Source: Diplonema japonicum (taxonomy: Eukaryota; Protista; Euglenozoa: Diplonemea). From it: 64,000 nt of DNA. The notes under the pieces were generated by a model. That model did not search any database. It saw only the letters and a program-made list of their open reading frames with translations, and had not been told where the DNA came from. The stretch is taken from positions 186,001-250,000 of the forward strand of contig OZ025715.1 in NCBI GenBank assembly GCA_964019335.1. Reading direction: 5' to 3'. This document shows, one piece after another, positions 53,935 through 64,000 of this stretch. The position numbers were made by a program, and so were the translations under genes. Each line of letters begins with the position of its first letter. Position 1 is the first letter of the stretch.

Positions 53935-56900
53935 ATGGACCGCAGCAGCCGGTTACTGAACAACGACCTATTCGCAAAGGCGTATGCAGGTGGCGATGTG
54001 AGCGGTGGACAAGTGGACTATGACTGCATCCCACAAGGCCCAGAGGGGCTGCTAATGGGAAAAAACGAGATCAGAACAGAAGTGGACAAATACGTGAAAT
54101 GCGTCCTGCGGATCACAAAGGCCAACAGAAAGCAAGACCCCACAGGGAGATGCGCGAGTATGACAGTTCCGAGACTGCTTAGGTGCGTCGCACTGCACTT
54201 CCGAGTACAAGAATGGCGCGCCCTTGAAACCCCCATCGACGCCGTCCCCACGCTGGGCGACTACATCGAAAAATGCAAAAAAATCGACAATACAATCCAC
54301 GCTGTCTTCTCTTCTCGGGACATCCTCACCCTCTACGAGCTTAAACGCGAGGTGGCCGCTCTCAACGGCACCCGGCACTGGGAGGACCTCGGGCTGTACC
54401 ATTCCATCCACGAGAACCCGTGTGTCATTCAGTACTACGGTGTTAAGCTTGCTAACGAACCCCCCGAAGTCCGTGTTTGCGACCTCCTTGCTTATATCTA
54501 CAGCCAAGCCGACGAGCTGTCCCTCAAAGAGGTCATCACTGGTTTTGGTGGAATGTACGGAACTGAAGTACACTCCGCCGAAGAGCTCGGTGTGTGGGTC
54601 CGCAACATGCGTGTGCTCATTGAAGCCATCGATGTCGAGAAGCGGCGGCTCAAGGAACAGATCGCAAAGGCGGACATCCAACTTGATCAGATGAGCGAGA
54701 AGAACGTCAACCTCGTGAAATGGCTGGTGGGCATCCTGAACACGAATCAAAAACCGCAACCAGGGAACCCCCTGCTGGGCGTCAGGTCACGGGATGTACA
54801 CGCAGTGTACACATCACCACACACGGCATCGGCAGCCGAACAGAGCAGTGTCATCGCTGCCATCCATAAACTGCTACGCCCTGCCGTGGACGAGGGGTGG
54901 GTCTCTGACGTCTCAGACACAGACTCCGAGTCCTCCAGCTCGGGGAGCTCTTCATCGTCATCCGGCACCGTGAGGCACAACAAGCGGGACGTGATCGGCG
55001 TCATGATGGAGAGGAAAATCGACGCGCAACAGAAAAAGCTCGCCAAGCGTGCGGAAAGACGCTCCCAACGCTCCCTTGCAGCGGAGCAGCTGCGGATTGT
55101 CGAGGAGCACATGAAGAAAAAGACGGAGGTCGAAGCATACAAGTCCTTTGGCGTTGCCACCCGCGACGATGTCGTGCAAACTATATCCGACACCTTGAAG
55201 AAGATGAAACAAGAGAATTGGGCCTCCAGCGGAGGATTGAAGAAGATAGAAGCCGCCATCAACGACGTGCACTCTGGGTCCATCGACGCCGTGTGCCACA
55301 AAGTGGGTCCGCTTCCCGCTCTCGTGCTTGAAGCTGCTGTGAAGGTCATCACGCACCACAACACAAGCCCCACCAGAGCTGACTCCGAGGAAGCAGCCGA
55401 CGAGCAACTCCTCCCTGAGTCAGAACGCTCCGACATGATCGCCGCTATTGTCGAGAAGGCCCTCGACAGCATCCAGACGGCCACTGCTGATATGAACATT
55501 ATCGATCGGTTGGCTGCACTTGAGAACAGGACTCTTACGCTCCTTGCGTCGGAGGCTGGCAAAGACATTACATCGTTCCTAGAGTGCAAGCTAGGCACCT
55601 TTTTGGAGTTCATCCGCAGCAGAGACCACCTCTCGAAACTTCTGCTGCAAAAGTCAGCGGTGGACAAGCAGTTGCAGCGAACTGCGAGCAGTTTCTTAGA
55701 CACCGCCTCGGGGTCTGTTCCGCTACGGAGCCTTGAAGAGGAGGAACGGAACCACTTAGAGAAAGCACTGCTTGTCCACCTCCCGTCGTGTGACTACGAC
55801 TCGTTGGGTGGATTTAATGAGCTGCAGGCAGTGGAGCCCCAGAAGACTGGTGCGATCAAGCGCCACATTGGTGCTTTCACAACATTGAACAAGTCTGCGC
55901 TCGACGCCGCGGAGTACAAGGTGCACGGCATCACAAGCGATGGGCTCATTAAGAAGGTGCTGAACTTCCCTATCCTGACTGAGCTGCGGGGTGCCCTGCA
56001 GTGGGACGCGCTCCTTGCGAGCAGCTTCGGTGATCTAATCTCATTCTTGTCAGCCAACGGGGTGCCCTTCATGACCGATGGAAAACTGTGGAAAAACAAA
56101 CCCGAAGAGGTGTACCTGCTCCCCAGCGAGGCTTCCCCCGACCACTTCAAAGAAGCTGTGACGAATGGTGCTGGAAGGCTAGCGGCGGGCATCCTCCTCG
56201 CCATGCACCTCGATGGAGAGACAAGCTCTGAGCTGCTCTCGGCATATGTACAGGCCGGCCTGAAGCACCATGTTGCTGACTCCAGCAGAGTACTGTTCGT
56301 TAAGGACGCCATCACAACTCTCCCGAGATCGGCAGCGAAGATCTTCGCCAAGTCCGTCTTCATCAACCCCTTGCTCAGCATTTTCAGAGGTGGCCTCAAC
56401 TCTATTTATCATGTGTCCACTCCGGAAGAAAAGAAAGCCCTGCACGAGATCGGGTGCTGCGGTGGCCTGTCCACGTGGAAAAACGAGTACGAAGGATGGC
56501 TCACATTGCTGTCTGCGCGCCCTACGGTGACTGAAGTGCCTGAATGCAATACGGTGGCTGAAGAGAAGGCAGTACACGTTGGTGCGACAGAACAGAAGAA
56601 AGAAGTCGTGAAGGAAGCGAACGAAGCGAACGAGCCTGCTAAGAAGGCTCAGACTATTGAGAATAAACCAGGTGCAGTTGTCGAAGTGGCATCAGGGGAG
56701 CCTCGTGCTGTGGTGAATTCGATCCTGAGGTACGAGTTCGGAGTGGGTGCAGACATGACTGACGAGGGGAAGCTGCTGCACAACACTTCCTCCGCTCGTT
56801 TAGGGAGGGCCATCGAGAGGCTTGCTAGCGACCTGTACTCTTCGGACGTGCATTTCGTGCTAGAACTGATTCAGAACGCCGATGACAACAAGTACCTCGA

Positions 56901-59900
56901 CGGTGCCTTGCCCAGGCTGTGCTTCGATGTGACACCCAACGCCGTCGTCGTAAGCAACAACGAGCTTGGCTTCAGCGACAAGAACATCCGTGCCCTGTGC
57001 GATGTGGGGTCTTCCACGAAGGCAAACTCAGAAGGCTACATTGGTATGAAGGGAATCGGCTTCAAATCCGTTTTCCGTGTCACAAGCGCACCTGAGATCC
57101 ACAGCAGTGGGTACCATATCAAGTTCGACTTGTCCACTGGGTCCATGGGGTACATCATGCCTACATGGCTTGAGGACGGTGGACACAAAGACCGCCAGCT
57201 GGCTAAAGGAGGGCCGCACCCTACTCAGATCGTTCTGCCGCTGGCAGGCGACATGGCAACAGGGCACCGTAGGGAGCTGCTGACGTCGAAGCTCGACGAC
57301 ATTCATCCGTCGCTTCTGCTGTTCGTTAGAAAGCTGCGCTGCATCGAGATCACCGACCACGCGAAGAACACCACTCGCAAGATGGTGCGCTACGACAGAG
57401 GGAATGACGTTGTGGAAGTGCTAGTCAACGACGTGCCATGCAGGTGGCTGGTGCAGAGGAACGTGCTTGTCCCAGAGGTGTCTCGAGGTGACAACAGAGG
57501 CGTCGTTTCGAGGACAGAACTTGCGCTTGCATTCCCCCTGTTAGAGCTTGACGACGAGGCGCAGGAGATGATGGTGTTTGCCTTCCTTCCTCTGAGGTCA
57601 TGCGGTCTGAAGTTTGTCCTGCAAGGTGATTGGACAATCCCTTCCTCGCGAGAAGATGTTGACGCAGGCTCACCATGGAACCAGTGGTTGCGCTCCAAGG
57701 TGGCACCCCTTTTCATGGCGTCCCTTGAGGCGTTCAAAAACCACTACAGCGAAGCGCATCGAGCGCTCTCTGCGTTCCTCGCTTACGTTCCTTACGGAAC
57801 AGGCGTCACAGGCTTTTTCAGGCCTTTGATTGAAGATGTCCGCAGATCCATGCTGCACGCTAAGTGCCTTCTGACGACGACAGGGGTGTGGGAGCGTCCT
57901 GGGAATGTCATTATCTTGCCCGATGCGCTCTGCGGCGAGCCCTGCATGCTGACGGAAGTCGTTGCCCCTGAAGAAGAGATACAGACGTCGCTGCGGAAGA
58001 GATACCTCCACCCGAAGGTGGTCCTGTCAAGCGACGTGACGCAGCACTTGCGACTCGACGTGCTGGGTTTGGGGCATCTGCTTGACATTGCTAAGTACAA
58101 GATCAAGAACCACGAAGATACCACACATGGTGCAAAGAATGAGTGGTTGGCAAGGTGGTTATTATGTGTGCATGCATGCCTTGACGGGCGGTGCGGGGCG
58201 ACTCCCACAGGCTCCATGCGTGCTGCTGTGATGGAAGAGATCCGTGCCCTGCAAGTGATGCCCTTGACAGGTGCAGCGCGGAGCTCGTTCAAGGACGGTG
58301 GGATCTTCTTCTCGAAAACCGATGATACTGACCCAAGGTACGACGTGTTCCTCAGCCACATGAGGATGCTCGACGAGACGATGCTTTTCACTGTGCCGGA
58401 GGGCATCCCGCGCAGTTCTCTAAAGCAAGTTCTGACAGAGATTGGTGTCCGCCCGCTGTCTCCACACGATGTGGTCGAGAAGTTCATCCTTCCCTTGTAC
58501 TCTACTGGACAGTGGAAGAAAGCCGACAGGGAGATGTTGAAGGCAACCATCCTCTTCATCAACCACCACAGGTCGCAGGTCCATCCCTCCATGCTGCAGG
58601 AGCTGGCCAAGCACGTCGTCTTGGAGACCAACCAAGGCTTGGTCTCCGCAGCACACTCCACAATCCTGTTCACGGTCGGGTACGGCAACCCATGCAGGGT
58701 CGAGTACATGTTCAAGAAATATCTACCGCAAGTCATGCCCAATGCTAAAGACATTTGTGACTGGGTGTTGCTGTCAGATATGTACCTTGAGATGGACACC
58801 GACTGGGCCTCGTTGATGGAGACACTGGGTGTGAAGTACTTCTACGAAGTGAAGCAGAAGAACGTGAAGTTCACTGATTACAAGAAGACTAAGTGGGCCA
58901 ATTGCGAATGGCCGTTTGCCGCACGTGGTGCGGAGGTGGTCGACTACGAGATGCGGGATCTGGAGAACATCCTCACGAAGCTTGTGGAGAAAGAAGCCGA
59001 ATGCCAAGGCACAGCTGTGGGCGCTTCAATTCTGTCCGCTCTGAGATGCATAGCAGAGCAACTCGATAAGGACTGGCACCACAGGGGGTACAGCAGCAAA
59101 TGCCGTGCCACGTTCGTTGGCACCAGCGACACGGCCGCCAAGACATCCCTACCGTCCTCGTTCGCAATGATGCTGCAGAGCCTCAAGTGGCTGCCCACTT
59201 CGCATGGCATATTAGAGAAGCCTCACGGGCTTCTCATTGAGTCCAAGCAAGCCAGCCACCTCCTTAGAAACACCCTCCCAACTCTGTCCCTGTCGCTCAA
59301 AAATACGTCGTTCATTGAGACATTAGGCATCCGGACAGACGTGACTGCTGATGACGTGATCAAGGCGCTGCAGAAATGGCAGAAGGAGGCAAAGCATCGC
59401 GTGTTCTTCACAACATTGGAGGACATGCAGACTGTGTACCGATTCCTCGCAGACGCTGTTCTGACAGACGAGGAATGCGAGGCCATATGCAAGTCGCCGT
59501 TAGTCTACATTCCAGCCCGCAACGCAGATGTGTCGGGCACCACAGGGAGCTTCAATCTGTTGGAAGACGTGTGGTGGGAGGATGCCCTGCCGTCTGTGCA
59601 GGATCTCAAGATAGCCATGCCGCACCTGTCCTCTTACTACCCTGAGCTCAGGTCGTGGTTTGTGTCTTTGAAGATTCGTCTGAAGCCGACGTTTGCTGAG
59701 CACGTGAAATTTGTCGCGGGTCTCGCGGGTCCGCCCGGCACAGTGGTGCCATACGTGATGCAGTCGCTGGTGTGTTGGAATCAGATGCTTGAAGAAGGTT
59801 CGTCCCTCAGGTTCCACAACCACCAGGACATGCTTGAGGCCAAGCTTTTCCAGACCTTCCACAGCCCGACGCAGTTGTTTTCGGTGTCTGACGGGTTGTT

Positions 59901-62754
59901 CATCAATGACTTACCAGAACAGCTGGGCGACGAGCTGAAGAAGCAAGAACTGGGGATCATCGTGCTGAGCGTGCCGCTGTCGCAGGTGAAGAAAGCGTTG
60001 GTCTCGTTGTTTTCGGTGAAGCAGCTCAGCCTGGTGTCAGACATTGAAGTGTCAACGAAGTACTTGGAATGGGACGCCACCAACATGCTGCATGAGAAGC
60101 TCAACAACACACTGCCGTATGTGCAGCGGTACATCTTGACAAAGATACCCGCCTTGTGGAAGCAGCTCTCGACCGAGCTGGAGTGCATCAACGAGACAGG
60201 CGTCCGTGTCGTACACGAAATGGCGTGCAAGGTAACCGTCAACCTCAAAAATAAACGTTTCGACGCTTCATCTACATGCGCAGTCATTTACTCCAACGGG
60301 ACACTGTATGTGAAGACAACGCACACCAGGCAGTACTCGAAGGTCTTGGGCGAGTTCTTCAGGGGCGTCCTCACCGCCGCTGGCTCCGGTGTCTACACCA
60401 AAAAAGCTGACTGGGAAGCGTTGCTTGAGTTCTGCCACAGAGTTGTCCTGCAGCTAGCGGAGGACCCTAAAGGGATGGAGATCTACATGATCGAGAAGCA
60501 CATACACCCTCTCCCTCCCGACGTTGAGAAATGGGTGTTGGTGTCCACACCGCAGTCTGGTGTGGAAGAAATGTTCCCGAAGACCAGCGGGAACCCTTCG
60601 CTGGCAAAGCTTGACAGAGAGTCGTCCATCACGAGGGATGAGGTAGCACAGCTCGATGCTGAGATCGGAATTGACAAAGCGGAACGTGAAAGGAGTGACA
60701 CCGCAGGGGACACAAACCCACACCTCGAACCAGCATCCGGACGGAAAAGAGACCACGACGGTGACGGGGTTGCACGACCTGCCGATGGTGTGAAACGCAG
60801 ACGGGCTGAAGACATGAACGAAGAAGACAACAACGACGACGGTGGTGCCAACGAAAGACAAGGCGGGTTCGGCGGGAAGGGAAGAAAAGGCGGTGATAAG
60901 AACGAAGATGAACACGAATACAAACACATCAACGACAACTTACCGAGAGCGGTGGAGGTGAGCCTTGCACAACGCCCGCTTCTTGCGATCCTACGCATAT
61001 GGATGAGAGAAGGCAAAGCACAGTTCGTGGCGATCCATCGCCAGAACATGAAGGAGAAGCTAGGCATACAGTTTGTGTCAGGCACGTTGACCATCCGCGG
61101 ACACACCCAAGACACGCCGGCTGCTCGGAACCCGCACGAGCTCCCTATTGGATTCCACATCCTGGCTTGCAACGAGATCCCTGTGGAAAACGTAACTGAG
61201 CTGAAGGTCCAGCTTGTAAAGTCCGCGAGAGTGAAGCTCATCATCGGTTGTGAACCGTATCCAGAAAACCCGAAGGCGTACCTTGCGGAGCACAGCCCTG
61301 CGAAGGACTACGAGTCTGATATTGGGCGACAGTCGGAAGCTCTTCACGAATGGGAGGATGAAATGCTTTCCAGACTGGAGTCGGAAGGTGGGGGTGGAAA
61401 AGATAGAAGGAAGGGAGGAAAGGGACTGGGTGGCAAAGGCGGCAAGAGAGCAAAACGGCAAATGGCAGCTGCGGACCAGCTCGTGTCAGGAAGGACAGCA
61501 ATGTACGACGGGAACGGGAAGCTGCTTGGCTTCCTTGGCAAAAACGGATTCGAAGCACCAGATGTCGAGACCTCTGGTGTCGATGAAATAATCGAACAAG
61601 ACGGCAGTGCAACAGGGTTCTGCTACATGTGCGGTTCAAAGCTACACAAAACGGAAAAATGCCCAATGGCAGACGATGCAAACAGCCACCTTCACTCGAT
61701 GATGGCACCACCGCGGCCCAAAGGCGCACCCTCTCATACAGGCGGCAAAAAGGGTGGGAAGCAACTCGGAAAAGGCAGCAAGAACATTGCAGAAGACCGT
61801 TTGCAGCGCATGGAAAGCAGGTTTGAATCCGGCGCCGTGGGTAAAGAAATGGTGAAATTCGAAAGCGAAGAAGGATGGGCCCCGCAGCCCGGTGTCATGA
61901 AGCTTCAAGAAGAAGGGGAACGGAAGGAAACACAAAACGACGGTTCTGGGTACCGAACCGGCGTGGAAAAGTGGGGAGAGAACGACCAAAGCGGGAAGGG
62001 CGGCAAGAAATCAGGAAGAGAAGGCGACGACGCGAAGCGGAAACGGGCCCCGAACGTGTACGACCAGGAACAGTACAAGAAGAAACCGAAGCAGGGCGAC
62101 GACGACGACGACGACGGGCTGAAAAAGATCGGGAGGTGGGGGGAACAGTTTGTTCACCGATACCTAACGAACCGACCCAACCCGCTCCAAGAGTGTTCTT
62201 GGGTCAACGAAGTAGAAGAGACAGGCGCCTCCTATGACCTGGTCGTCAGGAAGAAGGACCCCAACACTGGCATCGTGACTGTGGTGTACATTGAAGTGAA
62301 AACCACCGTCGCCAACGCGAAAATGTTCTTTTCCGTCACCCACCGCGAGCTGCAGTTCGCTCAGATCCAAGGTTCGAACTTTCACATCTACCGTGTCTTT
62401 GCCGCTGGTTCCAGTAACGCTCGCATCACGATAATCAAGGATCCCATTGGCGAGGTGAGACGGGGCGCCATAGCTGTGTCGGGTGCTGTCACCATGACCC
62501 TGAAACCCTTCATCGCCCGGAGCAAGATACAAGAAATCGAATCTGATGCGCTTCCCGAAATGCCAAAACCCGTGCAAACAATGGTATGTGTGGGAGGGGA
62601 CGTACAATGGGGGGAAATTAAAAAAAAAAAAAAAAAAAAGGTTCTCCGCCTTACCAAAACTGACGTTTCGGACCCTACGGGGTTGAACATCAGAAAAGAC
62701 CTTGTTATCAATAAGCATATTGCCGCTCCTGGGGTCACGGTATGAGCATTTAAA

Positions 62755-62785
<31 letters not shown>

Positions 62786-62929
62786 CAGGCTGACGGAGAG
62801 GCGCTTCCTGGGTGGAAGATTATCAGTATAAATGACACTCCGGTGGCCAACATTTCCGAGCTGAAGCAAACCCTGGCCCGCTCGGGTCTGAATCTGGTTA
62901 TCTGCCTTCAAGCACCGTCAGTCAGTTAA
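53935..62929 (+). CDS. NO VEIN/sacsin-like protein: GHKL ATPase, CCHC knuckle, DUF3883-type PD-(D/E)xK domain and PDZ-like modules
   Basis: ELIQNADD, NNELGF, IGMKGIGFKSVF; CYMCGSKLHKTEKC; GRWGEQFV...YDL...YIEVKTT. Introns 62584-62640 and 62740-62788 extend the gene to TAA at 62929. Confidence 0.88.
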
Positions 62930-63283
62930 AGGGGGGGGGCGGGAGAAATCAATCTCTTATGACACAAAACAACGCATCACTTCTTTTTTTTTTGTTTTTT
63001 CTTTCCGCTTCTTTATTTCTTCCCGTTGTAAACTCAGGTAAGCCCAAGTTCTCCGATCTGATTGTTCATTATGATTGTTAGGAATGGGAATAGTCTTCAT
63101 ATTGTTGAGATGTTTGCTCTGATCGCTTTTTGATCTCTTCCCCATTCAAAAAAAAAAAAAAAAAAAAAAAAAGGAAGAAGAAAATGAAGGGGTCAATTAA
63201 TTAATTATTCACTTCACAGGGCTTTTTTAAAAAACCTCTCAAACCCCCCCCCTTTTTTTTTACTTACACATGATTTACACTGG

Positions 63284-64000
63284 ATGGCATTTTTTGTGGG
63301 TTTAGTTGTGGTGAGCAAGGCGGCCTGCGCGGGAGGGGTTGCTACAGGAGCCCTGTCGTTGCTGTGGCAAGCAAGCGATGCGTGTATAGGAGGCGAGGTG
63401 AGGCTGACAAAGCAGGAACGGTCGAGGAGGTTGAGGAGGAAACAGTCGATTGAAATAAACAAAAACCAACAGCACAAGTGGGTGTCGCACCTGGGGAACA
63501 TCGAGGCGAAAAGTGTGCTACAGGCTTTTTGCGGTGGGGTGGTGGCGGGAACCGTTGGGGGCGCTCTCTGGACAGGCGCACACGGCGTGGCAACAACGGC
63601 CATCCCGCTCACTAAAGAACCGTGGATCACAGTAATAGAACTCGTGGGTGCAGGGCTTGTCCTGTGGACGCCAACGTTCGTCTTGCTAACAAGAACCAAT
63701 CAAGAGATCGAGCATGGCGTGCCCTTCTACTTCTTCGACGGCATGGTCTTGGGCACTGCGTGGTTCTCAGCAACATCGTTATTCGGGTTCAGATCACTGT
63801 CGAAAATGGGGCTTTGCACCACATCCGGGTTCACCGCCCTCATGCTCCTTGTTTTCGTCACGAAGTACGGTTACTACCAAAGCAGCAAACGTGTTTTGTA
63901 CACAGGGCCCATCACGACCATCAGCCACAAATGGCTTATCACAGCAGGGGTTGTGTCAGGGACGTTTTTGTCTGTAGCATTGGCTGTGACGCCGTTCTAC
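63284..64000 (+). CDS. Multi-pass membrane protein (partial, runs off the window)
   Basis: Open frame from ATG 63284 to the window end (MAFFVGLVVVSKAAC...FLSVALAVTPFY), with several hydrophobic segments. Confidence 0.75.
   Translation, partial: MAFFVGLVVVSKAACAGGVATGALSLLWQASDACIGGEVRLTKQERSRRLRRKQSIEINKNQQHKWVSHLGNIEAKSVLQAFCGGVVAGTVGGALWTGAHGVATTAIPLTKEPWITVIELVGAGLVLWTPTFVLLTRTNQEIEHGVPFYFFDGMVLGTAWFSATSLFGFRSLSKMGLCTTSGFTALMLLVFVTKYGYYQSSKRVLYTGPITTISHKWLITAGVVSGTFLSVALAVTPFY

Noticed and set aside
1-64000. tRNA, rRNA, spliced-leader RNA genes, CRISPR arrays, or an alternative genetic code
   Set aside because: None recognisable by eye. Conserved genes translate with the standard code and use all three stop codons.

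Overview
Eukaryotic nuclear DNA, most likely from a euglenozoan protist (diplonemid-like). The calmodulin is Euglena/kinetoplastid-type, every credible gene (about 28) lies on the + strand in a polycistronic-style array, and short GT-AG introns are present. Genes include two near-identical calmodulins, calreticulin, RPS8, BBS4, a MATE transporter, a NEK kinase, PPR and FYVE proteins, an NCS-1-like protein, MsrA, a giant NO VEIN/sacsin-like ATPase-nuclease, and two secreted bacterial-type hydrolases (a penicillin V acylase/bile-salt-hydrolase family enzyme and an M23 peptidase). Non-coding DNA is full of A, T, C and G homopolymers and contains a decayed piggyBac element and two dispersed repeat families. 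The most striking signal is a class of 42-68 nt introns filled with poly(A) instead of a polypyrimidine tract, several ending in AAAAG. These introns cluster at the 3' ends of genes, and many start codons are preceded by poly(A) leaders. All gene models were built by hand without transcript data, protein families were recognised from remembered motifs rather than database searches, and homopolymer lengths may be unreliable in the assembly.
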